Positions 10,499-20,030 of a stretch of DNA of 39,470 bases are shown here, piece by piece. Under the pieces are notes generated by a model, which was given only the letters and a program-made list of their open reading frames with translations, did not search any database and was not told the origin of the DNA. The translations under genes and the position numbers were made by a program. Origin of the DNA: an uncultured Gammaproteobacteria bacterium (GTDB lineage: Bacteria > Pseudomonadota > Gammaproteobacteria > Xanthomonadales > Xanthomonadaceae); the NCBI GenBank assembly GCA_966250755.1, contig CBININ010000001.1, forward strand, positions 1-39,470. Direction: 5' to 3'. Position 1 is the first letter of the stretch, and each line of letters begins with the position of its first letter.

Positions 10499-12574
10499 AT
10501 GCGCACCACGAGCTACCGCGCCTGCCCCCTGTGCGAAGCCATCTGCGGCCTGGAAATCCAGTCCGAGGACGGCGCGCTCGCCGCCATCCGCGGCGACGAG
10601 GCCGATCCCTTCAGCCGCGGCCACGTGTGTCCGAAGGGCAACGCCATCCTCGACCTCGAGGCCGATCCCGACCGCCTGCGCACGCCGGTGCGGCGCACGC
10701 CGCAAGGCTGGGAGGCCATCGGCTGGGACGAGGCCTTCGCCTACGCCGGCGAACGCCTGGCGGCGGTGCAGGCCGCGCACGGCGCGCAGGCCGTGGCCGC
10801 CTACCTGGGCAACCCCAATGTCCACCACTTCGGCCACATCGCCTACCTGCCGGCCCTGCTGAAGCTGCTGCGCACGCCGAACGTCTTCAGCGCCTCGTCG
10901 GTGGACCAGTGGCCGCACCAGTACGTCAACGCGCTGATGTACGGCCACCAGTTCCTGTTGCCGATCCCCGACCTGGACCGTACCGATTTCCTGCTGATGC
11001 TCGGCGCCAACCCCGTCGCCTCCAACGGCAGCCTGATGACCGCGCCTGGCATGCCGCGGCGGCTGAAGGCGATCGCGGGGCGCGGCAGCGTGGTCTTGCT
11101 CGACCCACGGCGCACCGAAACCGCGGCGCTGGCGAGCGAACACCACTTCATTCGGCCCGGCAGCGATGCCTGGTTTCTGGTCGCGTTCCTGCAAGCCCTG
11201 CTGCGACTCGGGCCGCCGCGCGTGGCGGCCTATGGCGATCGGATCGCCGGGCTCGACGCCGCGTTGTCGGCGATTGCCGTGGTGGATGTCGGGGACATCG
11301 CCGCGCGCACGGGTATCGCATCCGCCACCATCGAGGACCTCGCACGGCGCTTTCACGCCGCGCCGCGGGCGGTGGCCTACGGCCGCATCGGCGTTTCGGT
11401 GCAACGCCACGGCACGCTGTGCCAATGGCTGCTGCAACTGGCGAACCTGGTCACCGGCAACCTCGACCGCGAAGGCGGCGCGCTGGTCAACGAGCCGGCA
11501 ATCCCGATCACCGGCCCCGGCACCTCGCCCGGCCAGCGTGGCCGCTGGCGCAGCCGGGTGCGCGGACTGCCGGAATTCGCGGGTGAGCTGCCGGTGGCCG
11601 CGCTCGCGGAAGAGATCGCCACGCCCGGTGAGGGCCAGGTCCGCGCGTTGCTGACGGTCGCGGGCAATCCGGTGCTGTCCACGCCCAACGGCCGGGCGCT
11701 GGAGCTTGCGTTGCCCGGCCTGGACTTCATGCTCGCCATCGACGTCTACATCAACGAGACCACGCGGCATGCCGACCTGATCCTGCCGCCCGCCTCGCCG
11801 CTGACGCAGGACCACTACGACCTGATCTTCAACGCCTTCGCGGTGCGCCGCGTCGCCCGGTTGAACCGGCCGCTGCGCCCACGCACCGACGCGGAGCGCG
11901 GCGACTGGGAGATCGCCAACGGGCTGGGCGCGGCCATCGCTGCGGCCGCCGGCAAGCCATGGACGCCGCTGCCTCCACCACGCGTGCTGATCGCGGCCGG
12001 CCTGGCGCGCGGCGGCAGCGGGTTGGACCTGGCTGCGCTCGAGGCAGCCGAACACGGCCTCGACCTCGGGCCGCTGCGCTCCTCCTTGCTGGCGCGGCTG
12101 GAGACGCCGAGCCGGTGCATCGAGGCCGCGCCACCCGAACTGCTGCCCTTGCTCGGCGCGCTCGCCACCGAGCCGGCCGACGCCGGCAGCCTGCGCCTGT
12201 TCGGCCGCCGAGACGCCCGCAGCAACAATTCCTGGATGCACAACGCGCCACGGCTGGTGAAAGGCAAGCCGCGGCACCAGTTGCTGATGCATCCGGACGA
12301 CCTGGCGGTGCGCGGCCTGGACGATGGCGCCCGCGTGCGCGTCCGCTCGCGCGTCGGCACGATCGAAACCGAGGTGCAGGCCTGCGCGGACGTGATGCCG
12401 GGCAGCGCCTGCCTGCCGCACGGCTTCGGGCATCGCCGCGAGGGCGTGCGGCTGTCGCGGGCCAGTACGCTCGCCGGCGAGAGCTACAACGACCTGAGCG
12501 ACCCGCTGTTCCTGGACGGCGGCTGCGGCAACGCCGCCCTCAACGGCCTCGACGTCGAGGTCGAGGCCGCCTGA
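10499..12574 (+). CDS. molybdopterin-dependent oxidoreductase (DMSO reductase superfamily, uncharacterised subfamily)
   Basis: N-terminal 4Fe-4S motif CPLCEAICG...CPKG, GANPVASNGS, DVYINETTRHAD, C-terminal NNSWMHN / MHPDD molybdopterin dinucleotide-binding domain; no Tat leader seen. Confidence 0.9.
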   Translation: MRTTSYRACPLCEAICGLEIQSEDGALAAIRGDEADPFSRGHVCPKGNAILDLEADPDRLRTPVRRTPQGWEAIGWDEAFAYAGERLAAVQAAHGAQAVAAYLGNPNVHHFGHIAYLPALLKLLRTPNVFSASSVDQWPHQYVNALMYGHQFLLPIPDLDRTDFLLMLGANPVASNGSLMTAPGMPRRLKAIAGRGSVVLLDPRRTETAALASEHHFIRPGSDAWFLVAFLQALLRLGPPRVAAYGDRIAGLDAALSAIAVVDVGDIAARTGIASATIEDLARRFHAAPRAVAYGRIGVSVQRHGTLCQWLLQLANLVTGNLDREGGALVNEPAIPITGPGTSPGQRGRWRSRVRGLPEFAGELPVAALAEEIATPGEGQVRALLTVAGNPVLSTPNGRALELALPGLDFMLAIDVYINETTRHADLILPPASPLTQDHYDLIFNAFAVRRVARLNRPLRPRTDAERGDWEIANGLGAAIAAAAGKPWTPLPPPRVLIAAGLARGGSGLDLAALEAAEHGLDLGPLRSSLLARLETPSRCIEAAPPELLPLLGALATEPADAGSLRLFGRRDARSNNSWMHNAPRLVKGKPRHQLLMHPDDLAVRGLDDGARVRVRSRVGTIETEVQACADVMPGSACLPHGFGHRREGVRLSRASTLAGESYNDLSDPLFLDGGCGNAALNGLDVEVEAA

Positions 12575-12583
12575 GCGATCGGG

Positions 12584-14779
12584 CTACTTCAGCGCCTTCA
12601 CCGTCGCGGTGTTGGAATACGCAGAGGTCTTGCCGGTGCTGGTGTTGAAGGCACGCACGCGGTACAGCCAGGTGCCCTTGGTGACCGTCTGGGCAAAGCT
12701 GGACAGGTTTGCGCCAACCTGCCCGACCTGCACGAAGCTGCTGCTGCCCGCCGGCGCGCGTTCGATGGTGAAGCCCTGCTCGTTGCTAGAGTTGTCGGTC
12801 CAGCGCAGCGTCACCTTGTAGCCCTTGGCCGAGCTGCCGGTCAGCCCGCTGGGCGCGGCGATGAGCGCCGGGTCGGCCGTGGCGGTGATGACCACCGTCT
12901 TGCTGGCGGTGGCGCCGCGGTCGTCCGTCACCGTCAACGTCGCGGTGTAGCTGCCGGCGGCCGCGTAGGTATGGGCGACGCTGGCGCCGTTGCCGGTCGC
13001 CCCATCGCCAAAGTTCCAGGCATAGCCGGTGATCGTTCCGTCGGCGTCGGACGAGCCGGCCGCGGAGAAGTTCACCGGCAGCGGGGCCACGCCGCTGGTC
13101 GGCGTCGCGCTTGCCATCGCGGTCGGCGCGCTGTTGGGCGTGCCGGTCGGGATCACGTACAGGGTGACGCTCTGCGCCGGCACCGAGGTGGCCAGGCTGC
13201 TGCCGCTGATGGCGACGTTGGCCGGATGGCTGATGGTGTTGGCCGAGGTCAGCTGCCAGACCTGGGCATAGCCCGCGTTGGCGAAGTTGCCCAGGTTCAC
13301 CGTCACCGGCGTGCTGCCCGACAGCACCTTGGACACCACCATCACCGTCATCGCGCCGTCGGTGCTGCGCAGCGCGGCGAAGGCCGACACGTTGTCGGGA
13401 TTGGGCACGGTCGCGCTGACCGAGGTGTCGCCGAACCCCGACTTGTTGCCGTCGTAGTTGCGGAACATCTTCATCGCCTTGTAGGTCGGCGTGGCGGGGT
13501 CCGGCGTGGTCCAGCGGGCGGCGTAGTCCAGGCCCTCGCGGCCGAAGATGCCGTAGATGTCGGCCTGCGTGGTGGCGCCGTTGATGTGGCCCTCCGCACC
13601 CCAGTTGTACTCGGTGATGGCCAGCTTGAGGCCCGGGTAGTAGCTGTTGACCCAGCCCTTCATGCGCGGGATGAGCATGACCTTGTCGTTGATCCAGGTC
13701 GGGTCGGTGTAGTTCGGGTCCCACAGCGCGCGGGTGCTCTTGTTGCGCAGCTGCTGCATCGTCGTGGAGGTGTCGTTGCCGAACTCGCCGCCCTGCGGGT
13801 AGTAGTGCAGCGAGAACACGTCGAGCACGCGCTTGCCGGACTGCTGCTCGTAGGCGCGCAGCTGGTCGAGCAGCCACGGCATGTAGGCCATGCCGCCGTG
13901 GGCATCGCGGTCCGGGGAGCAGCACCAGTTGTTGGCCGCCAGGTACTGCTGGTCGTAGCCGGAATAGAAATAGCCGCTCCAGCCCCACTCCTCGGGACCG
14001 AACACGACGGCGCCGGGATCGGCGGTCTTCACCATCGCGCCATAGTCGATCATCTTCTGGCGGATCTCGTCCATCGTCGCGCCGGTCTGCTTGATCTCGC
14101 GGTGCGTGGACTGCCAGAGGCTGTGCTCGTTGTCGAGCAGGTAGAACTTCTGCCCGCCGTTCGCCGCCAGGCCCCAGCGGGCGACGAGGTGGTCCATCCA
14201 GCCCTTCTGGAAGGCGACGCCGGCCGGCGTGTTGGCGTCGTTGGGATCGTTGTTGGTGATGTTCTTGCCGGTGCTCTTGAGCACGCCGTTGCCGGCGTCC
14301 GGCATCCACTGCCAGTCGCTGTCGGTCTGCTGGCCGTACTTGGCCTGCGAGAAGGCCGCCAGCTTGCTGCGGTTGGCGCCCAGTTTGGCGACCCAGTCCA
14401 GCATCGGGAGGGTGATCATCGCTTCGGCGCCGGCGGCGCGGCTGCTGGCGATGAAGCTGTCGCCCATTTCGCCTGCGGTCGCGCTGGCCTCGGGGATGGA
14501 CTCGAAATACCAGTCGCCGCCGCGGTTGGTCGCGTTCTGCTGCCAGTTGTAGCTGGAGGTGGCATTGCCGCCGCTGCGGTTGAGCGGCGCGTTGAGGTCG
14601 GCCAGTTGCGTCGTGCTGGCGAAGGCCACGCCATAGATGTAGGGGCTGATCGGGTGGCGGTTCGCGTTGGCGTCTACGTTGACGGTGACCGCCGCGTTCT
14701 GCGCGAACACCGAGGTCGGCAGCACGAGGGCCAGGGCAAGGACTAGCGCGCGCGGCGCGGTGGAACGCAGGACGGTCAT
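12584..14779 (-). CDS. secreted glycoside hydrolase family 44 (endoglucanase/xyloglucanase) with PKD and FN3-like domains
   Basis: Signal peptide; ISPYIYG, RSGGNATSSYNW, LDNEHSLW (acid/base), ITEYNWG (nucleophile); PKD motif YAWNFGDG...HTY; FN3-like LRWTDNSSNE...YRVRAFN. Confidence 0.88.
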   Translation of the reverse strand: MTVLRSTAPRALVLALALVLPTSVFAQNAAVTVNVDANANRHPISPYIYGVAFASTTQLADLNAPLNRSGGNATSSYNWQQNATNRGGDWYFESIPEASATAGEMGDSFIASSRAAGAEAMITLPMLDWVAKLGANRSKLAAFSQAKYGQQTDSDWQWMPDAGNGVLKSTGKNITNNDPNDANTPAGVAFQKGWMDHLVARWGLAANGGQKFYLLDNEHSLWQSTHREIKQTGATMDEIRQKMIDYGAMVKTADPGAVVFGPEEWGWSGYFYSGYDQQYLAANNWCCSPDRDAHGGMAYMPWLLDQLRAYEQQSGKRVLDVFSLHYYPQGGEFGNDTSTTMQQLRNKSTRALWDPNYTDPTWINDKVMLIPRMKGWVNSYYPGLKLAITEYNWGAEGHINGATTQADIYGIFGREGLDYAARWTTPDPATPTYKAMKMFRNYDGNKSGFGDTSVSATVPNPDNVSAFAALRSTDGAMTVMVVSKVLSGSTPVTVNLGNFANAGYAQVWQLTSANTISHPANVAISGSSLATSVPAQSVTLYVIPTGTPNSAPTAMASATPTSGVAPLPVNFSAAGSSDADGTITGYAWNFGDGATGNGASVAHTYAAAGSYTATLTVTDDRGATASKTVVITATADPALIAAPSGLTGSSAKGYKVTLRWTDNSSNEQGFTIERAPAGSSSFVQVGQVGANLSSFAQTVTKGTWLYRVRAFNTSTGKTSAYSNTATVKALK

Positions 14780-14899
14780 GGGCAGTGTCACCTGGGGAGG
14801 TGCCGCCATCGTTCCCAAGCGGCAGTGAGATCGCAAGTGCAATCGGTCACTGCCGGGCCGGCTTTCGTCCCGCGGCGCCGTCTCAATCTGGAGACTGGC

Positions 14900-15928
14900 T
14901 CAGGACTCCTCGGGCGCGACCCCCGTGTCGAAGTCGAGCACGATCTTGCCGCGGGCGTGCCCCGCCATCAGTTTTGCGAAAGCGGCAGGCGCCTGCTCGT
15001 AGGGGAATACGCTGTCCACCACCGGCCGGATCACGCCCGCGTCCACCAGCGCGGCTACGCCGGCCAACTGCGCGCCGCTGGATTCGGTGAGGAAGCGGAA
15101 GTAGCGCGCGCCCCTGGCCCGCGCCGCCGCGCGCACCTTGCGGCCCATCCAGCGCATGGTCTGGCGCATGGCCCAGCCGCGCGCGAAGCGCTCGACCATC
15201 TCATCGTCGGGCGGTCCCGCCACGCTGACCACGCTGCCGCCGGGCTTGAGCACGCCGAAAGCATCCAGGGTGTGCGCGCCACCGAGGCTGTCCAACACGA
15301 TGTCGTAGGCGCCGATGCGCCGCCGGTAGTCCTCGTGGTCGTAGGCAATCGCTTCGTGCGCGCCGAGTTCGCGCACGAAGGTGACGTTGCGCGCGCTGCA
15401 GGTCGAATCCACCAACATGCCGAGGTGGCGTGCGTACTGGATCGCGAAGCTGCCCAGCCCGCCCGCGCCCGCGTGCACCAGGATGCGTTGCCCGCGGCGC
15501 GCCTGCGCGCGATCCACCAGGCCCTGTACGGTGGTCAGCGCGACCAGCGGCAGCGAGGCAGCAGCGACGGCCGAGGTCCATTGCGGCGCCCGCGCGACGT
15601 AGGCCACGGGTTGCACGCTGTACTGGGCGAAGGCGCCGAGCGTGTCGCGGCTGGCGCGCACGAACACGCGCTCGCCTGGGCGGAAATCGCCGACCCCTTC
15701 GCCCACAACGTCGACGATGCCGGCGGCGTCAAAACCAGGCGTGACCGGGAAGCGCAGCAGCACCAGTCGCCGCAGGTCGCCCTGGATCAGCTTGTAGTCG
15801 ATGGGGTTGAGGCTGGCCGCCTCGACCTTGATCCGCAGTTCCCCGGCCGCGGGCCGGGGGCAGGCGATGGCGCGCAATTCCAGCACCTGCGCAGGCGCAC
15901 CGTAGCCGGTCGCCTGCCAGGCCAGCAT
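14900..15928 (-). CDS. NADP-dependent oxidoreductase, MDR/quinone oxidoreductase family
   Basis: ASLNPIDYK, PGFDAAG, HAGAGGLGSFAIQYA, GHARGKIVL. Confidence 0.9.
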   Translation of the reverse strand: MLAWQATGYGAPAQVLELRAIACPRPAAGELRIKVEAASLNPIDYKLIQGDLRRLVLLRFPVTPGFDAAGIVDVVGEGVGDFRPGERVFVRASRDTLGAFAQYSVQPVAYVARAPQWTSAVAAASLPLVALTTVQGLVDRAQARRGQRILVHAGAGGLGSFAIQYARHLGMLVDSTCSARNVTFVRELGAHEAIAYDHEDYRRRIGAYDIVLDSLGGAHTLDAFGVLKPGGSVVSVAGPPDDEMVERFARGWAMRQTMRWMGRKVRAAARARGARYFRFLTESSGAQLAGVAALVDAGVIRPVVDSVFPYEQAPAAFAKLMAGHARGKIVLDFDTGVAPEES

Positions 15929-15938
15929 GGACGCGGAC

Positions 15939-16421
15939 TCAGTGGTGATGGCCGCCCTCGCCGTGCACGTGGCCGTGCATCAGCTCCTCGACGCTGGCAT
16001 TGCGCACGTCGGTCACCTCGACGGCGAAGTGCAGCACCTGGCCGGCGAGCGGATGGTTGGCGTCCACCGTCACCTGGTCGCCCTCGACCTTGGAGATCAC
16101 GACCGGCAGCGCACCCTGCGGGGTCTGCGCCTGGAACTGCATGCCGACCTCGATGTCGTCCACGCCCTGGAAGGCCTGGCGCGGCACCACCTGCACCATC
16201 GCCGGGTTGGGCTCGCCGTAGCCGTCCTCGGGCTGCACCGTCACCTCGAGCTTGTCGCCCGCGCTGCGGCCGGTGAGCTCGCGCTCCAGGCCCGGCACGA
16301 TGTTGCCGGCGCCATGCAGGTAGCTCAGCGGCTGGCCGCCGGCCGAACTGTCGATCACCTTGCCGCTGGCGTCGGTGAGGGTGTAGTGGAAGGTCGCGAC
16401 GGTGCGATCGCCAATCTGCAT
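15939..16421 (-). CDS. slyD: FKBP-type peptidyl-prolyl isomerase SlyD
   Basis: YLHGAGNIVPGLE, VDANHPLAGQVLHF, His-rich tail HGHVHGEGGHHH; start MQIGDR (ATG 16421). Confidence 0.93.
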   Translation of the reverse strand: MQIGDRTVATFHYTLTDASGKVIDSSAGGQPLSYLHGAGNIVPGLERELTGRSAGDKLEVTVQPEDGYGEPNPAMVQVVPRQAFQGVDDIEVGMQFQAQTPQGALPVVISKVEGDQVTVDANHPLAGQVLHFAVEVTDVRNASVEELMHGHVHGEGGHHH

Positions 16422-16567
16422 GGGGTGGATCCTCTGGAAGGGCGCCGCGGCGCGAATGCGAATCAGGTTCGGGCCATCGATTATAAACGGGCGCGCCGAC
16501 GCAGACACTCCAGCCTGCCGATGAGACAATACGGGTTCAGGCGCCCGCCGCCGCCCCCGTCCCGACC

Positions 16568-17347
16568 ATGTCCTCGCCCTTCATCACCGAAACCGTGCTC
16601 GATGTCCGCCACTGGACGCAGGACTACTTCAGCTTCACCACCAGCCGCGACGACGGGTTCCGCTTCGACAACGGCCAGTTCGTGATGATCGGGCTGGAGG
16701 TGGACGGCCGGCCGCTGATGCGTGCCTACTCCATCGCCAGCGCCAACTGGGAGGAGCAGCTTGAGTTCTTCAGCATCAAGGTGCCCAACGGCCCGCTGAC
16801 CTCGCGCCTGCAGCACATCCAGCCCGGCGATACCCTGCTGCTGAGCCGCAAGCCGACCGGCACTTTGCTGATCAGCGACCTGCACCCGGGACGCCATCTC
16901 TACTTGCTGTCCACCGGCACCGGGCTGGCGCCCTTCCTGGCCATCATCAAGGACCCGGAAACCTACGAGCGCTTCGACAAGGTCATCCTGACCCATGGCG
17001 TGCGCGGCGTGGCCGACCTCGCCTACGCCGACTACATCCGCCGCGAACTGCCGCAGCACGAATTCCTCGGCGAGCAGATCCGCGACAAACTGCTGTACTA
17101 CCCCGCGGTCAGTCGCGAATCCTTCGAACACCAGGGCCGGCTGACCACCTTGCTGGAAACCGGCCGCATGCAGGCAGACCTCGGCCTTCCGCCCATCGAC
17201 CCGGTCGCCGACCGCTTCATGATCTGCGGCAGCCCCTCGATGCTGGCCGACTTCCGCGCCATCCTCGACGGCCGCGGCTTCCAATGCGCGCCGCGCATCG
17301 GCACGCCCGGCCACTACGTCTTCGAACGCGCCTTCGTCGAGAAATGA
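16568..17347 (+). CDS. fpr: ferredoxin--NADP+ reductase (bacterial type)
   Basis: RAYSIAS, GPLTSRL, TGTGLAPF, MICGSPSM, C-terminal ERAFVEK. Confidence 0.95.
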   Translation: MSSPFITETVLDVRHWTQDYFSFTTSRDDGFRFDNGQFVMIGLEVDGRPLMRAYSIASANWEEQLEFFSIKVPNGPLTSRLQHIQPGDTLLLSRKPTGTLLISDLHPGRHLYLLSTGTGLAPFLAIIKDPETYERFDKVILTHGVRGVADLAYADYIRRELPQHEFLGEQIRDKLLYYPAVSRESFEHQGRLTTLLETGRMQADLGLPPIDPVADRFMICGSPSMLADFRAILDGRGFQCAPRIGTPGHYVFERAFVEK

Positions 17348-17874
17348 ACACGCCCGACCTCGCCTTCCGACTCGCCACCGCGGACGACGCCGCGCGACTC
17401 GGCGAGTTCATGAGCCGCAACTTCCTCGCCGCCTACGGCCACTGCTCCACGCCCGACAACGTGCAGGCCGCCGTGCGCGAGCACTACGGCCTGGCGGCGC
17501 AGCAGCGACAGATCGCCGACCCGACGCGCTGGAACCTGCTGGCCACCGTCGGCGAGGACTGGGTCGGCCACGCGCAGTTGCGCGAGCCCTCCGGCCTGCC
17601 CGCCGGCGCCGGCGCGGAGCCCGCGCTGGAGTTGTGCCGCTTCTACGTCGACACCGCCTGGCACGGCCGCGGCATCGCCCAGCGGATGATGGCGAAGGTC
17701 AAGGAGGAAGCGCGCAACCGCGGCGCCCGCTCCATCCACCTCAGCGTCTGGCAGGAGCAGCCGCAGGCCATTCGCTTTTATGAGAAGGAAGGCTTCCGCA
17801 TCGCCGGCACGCTCGTCTTCGTGGTGGGCGACGATCCCAAGGACGACTGGCTGATGGTCTGCGACCTGGACTAG
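17344..17874 (+). CDS. GNAT N-acetyltransferase (PaiA-like)
   Basis: ATGA overlap with the fpr stop; FYVDTAWHGRGIAQ, LSVWQEQPQAIRFYEKEGF. Confidence 0.88.
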   Translation: MNTPDLAFRLATADDAARLGEFMSRNFLAAYGHCSTPDNVQAAVREHYGLAAQQRQIADPTRWNLLATVGEDWVGHAQLREPSGLPAGAGAEPALELCRFYVDTAWHGRGIAQRMMAKVKEEARNRGARSIHLSVWQEQPQAIRFYEKEGFRIAGTLVFVVGDDPKDDWLMVCDLD

Positions 17875-17881
17875 CGGCCGC

Positions 17882-18361
17882 TCACAGGACCGAGGCGAGG
17901 TCCTTCTCGATCTTCTCGGGCGTGTCGGTCGGCGCGTAGCGCTTGACCACCTTGCCGCCGCGGTCGACCAGGAACTTGGTGAAGTTCCACTTGATCGCTT
18001 CCATGCCGAGCAGGCCGGGCTTTTCCTTTTTCAGCCACTGCCAGAGCGGGTGCGCCTTGGCGCCGTTGACTTCGATCTTCTCGAAAAGCGGGAAGCTGAC
18101 GTCGTAGTTCAGCGAACAGAAATTGCGGATCTCGTCGGCGTCGCCGGGCTCCTGATGACCGAACTGGTCGCAGGGAAACCCCAGCACGACCAGGCCCTTG
18201 TCGCCGTAGTCGCGATAAAGCTTTTCCAGCCCCGTGTACTGCGGGGTGAAGCCGCACTTGGACGCGGTGTTGACCACCAGCATCGGCCTGCCGCGGAACT
18301 CGGCGAGCGAGTGTTCCTTCCCGTCCAGGTCACGGGCGCTGAAATCGTAGGCGGTGGTCAT
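17882..18361 (-). CDS. glutathione peroxidase (Cys type)
   Basis: VNTASKCGFTPQY, LGFPCDQF, IKWNFTKFLV; start MTTAYDF (ATG 18361). Confidence 0.95.
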   Translation of the reverse strand: MTTAYDFSARDLDGKEHSLAEFRGRPMLVVNTASKCGFTPQYTGLEKLYRDYGDKGLVVLGFPCDQFGHQEPGDADEIRNFCSLNYDVSFPLFEKIEVNGAKAHPLWQWLKKEKPGLLGMEAIKWNFTKFLVDRGGKVVKRYAPTDTPEKIEKDLASVL

Positions 18362-18400
18362 TGCGGAGTCCTCGCGAGGCCTTTGTCGAGATTCTGGCAC

Positions 18401-18444
18401 GCGGCGGGCTGGGGGTGGGGTATCGCATGCGGCGGGCTGGGGGT
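18401..18444. repeat. 16-bp perfect direct repeat GCGGCGGGCTGGGGGT x2
   Basis: Copies at 18401-18416 and 18429-18444, read directly. Confidence 0.85.
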
Positions 18445-18530
18445 AGCGGCCTTTCAAACCCCATCTCGGCGATGACCGCCGCCTTCACGGGCCGAAACGC
18501 TCGCGGCCCCGTGGCCGTGGGGCGCGCCGG

Positions 18531-18664
18531 GCTTGCCGTGGCCGGGGCATGGGGGTCGCACACGAGCATGGCCCGGGAAGGCCCAACGGGCCCGACTCGG
18601 TGGCCACGGACGGCGCGTCCCAGCTCGGGACGAGGGAGACCCCCATTCCCCGGCCGCGGCAAGC
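18531..18664. repeat. 27-bp imperfect inverted repeat enclosing several small hairpins (structured intergenic element)
   Basis: 18531-18557 GCTTGCCGTGGCCGGGGCATGGGGGTC matches the reverse complement of 18638-18664 at 25/27 positions. Confidence 0.85.
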
Positions 18665-18675
18665 ACGCCAAAAAC

Positions 18676-19941
18676 TCAAGAAGCAGGCGGCCCCGAGCTC
18701 AGCGACGCTTCCATCAGGCGGTCATCGCGCAAGCCTTCCCATTTGGCGACGACCATCGTCGCGACGCCATTGCCGATGATGTTGGTGATCGCACGGGCTT
18801 CGGACATGAAGCGGTCCACGCCCAGGATCAGCGCCACGCCCTCCACCGGGACCTTGCCGGCCAGCGCGCCCAGGGTCGCGGCCAGGGTAATGAAACCGGA
18901 ACCGGTCACGCCCGCCGCGCCCTTGGAGGTCAGCAGGAGCACGCCGAGCAGGAGCAGTTCGTCCTGCAGGCTCAGCTCGACGCCCAGGGCCTGGGCGATG
19001 AAGATCGAGGCCATCGTCAGGTAGATGCAGGTGCCGTCGAGGTTGAAGGAATAACCCGTCGGCACCACCAGCCCGACCACGCTGCGGGCGCAGCCCAGCT
19101 CCTGCAGGCGCACCATCAGCCGCGGCAGCGCCGACTCCGAGGACGAGGTGCCCAGCACCAGCAAGAGCTCGCCGCGGACATAGCGCAGGAAGCGCCACAA
19201 CGAGAAGCCCGACCACCAGCAGGCCGCGCCGAGCGCCAGCACGATGAAGGCCGCGCAGGTCAGGTACACCGAGGCCAGCAACAGCCCGAGCGACTGCAGC
19301 GTGCCGATGCCGTACTTGCCGATGGTGAAGGCCATCGCTCCGAAGGCACCAATGGGCGCCGCGCGCATGATGATGTCGACGATGCCGAAGAACACACGGC
19401 TGACCTCGTCCAGCCCGTGCAGCACGCGGTGCCCCGCCTCGCCGGTGCGCGTCAGCGCCACGCCGAACAGCACCGCCACCAGCAGCACCTGCAGCAGGTT
19501 GCCTTCGGTGAAGGCCGAGATGAAGCCCTTCGGGATGATGTCCAGCACGAAGGCGACGATGCCGCTCGATTCGGCCTGGTGCCGGTAGTTCTCTACCGCG
19601 GCCGCGTCAAGCGTGGCCGGATCGATGTTCATGCCCGCGCCGGGCTTGACGAGGTTGGCGACCACCAGCCCGATCACCAGCGCCAGCGTGGTCATCACTT
19701 CGAACCAGACCAGGGCCTTGACGCCGATGCGGCCCACCTGCCGCAGCTCGCCCATGTGCGCGATCCCGACCACCACGGTCAGGAAGATCACCGGGCCGAT
19801 CACCATCTTGACCAGGGCGATGAAGCCGTCGCCGAGCGGCTTCATCTGCGCGCCGAGCTCGGGTCGGAAATGGCCGAGCAGGATGCCGACGGCGATGGCG
19901 ACCAGCACCTGCAGGTACAGCGACTTCCACCACTTGCCCAT
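18676..19941 (-). CDS. dctA: C4-dicarboxylate/H+ symporter DctA (DAACS family)
   Basis: [54 protein letters not shown]; start MGKWWKS (ATG 19941). Confidence 0.95.
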   Translation of the reverse strand: MGKWWKSLYLQVLVAIAVGILLGHFRPELGAQMKPLGDGFIALVKMVIGPVIFLTVVVGIAHMGELRQVGRIGVKALVWFEVMTTLALVIGLVVANLVKPGAGMNIDPATLDAAAVENYRHQAESSGIVAFVLDIIPKGFISAFTEGNLLQVLLVAVLFGVALTRTGEAGHRVLHGLDEVSRVFFGIVDIIMRAAPIGAFGAMAFTIGKYGIGTLQSLGLLLASVYLTCAAFIVLALGAACWWSGFSLWRFLRYVRGELLLVLGTSSSESALPRLMVRLQELGCARSVVGLVVPTGYSFNLDGTCIYLTMASIFIAQALGVELSLQDELLLLGVLLLTSKGAAGVTGSGFITLAATLGALAGKVPVEGVALILGVDRFMSEARAITNIIGNGVATMVVAKWEGLRDDRLMEASLSSGPPAS

Positions 19942-20030
19942 GCGACGGCCCTCCCCGGCCTCGGCGAAGGTTAGCGCATGCGGGCAGCGCAAAAGAAAGC
20001 GCCAGTCCCTTGCCCGGCATCACTCTCCAC

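Noticed and set aside
16455-16473. Fur-box-like AATGCGAATCA between slyD and fpr
   Set aside because: Only one half resembles the box; no dyad symmetry in the second half
17882-18361. Possible selenocysteine glutathione peroxidase
   Set aside because: The active-site codon is Cys (TGC) in an uninterrupted frame; no in-frame TGA
18330-18679. Short ORFs across the gpx-dctA intergenic region
   Set aside because: Low-complexity Pro/Arg/Gly translations with no RBS; better explained by the inverted-repeat element
19989-20004. Sigma-54-like promoter TGGCGC-TTTCT-TTTGC upstream of dctA (minus strand)
   Set aside because: GG-to-GC spacing is 11 nt, not the strict 10 nt that sigma-54 requires
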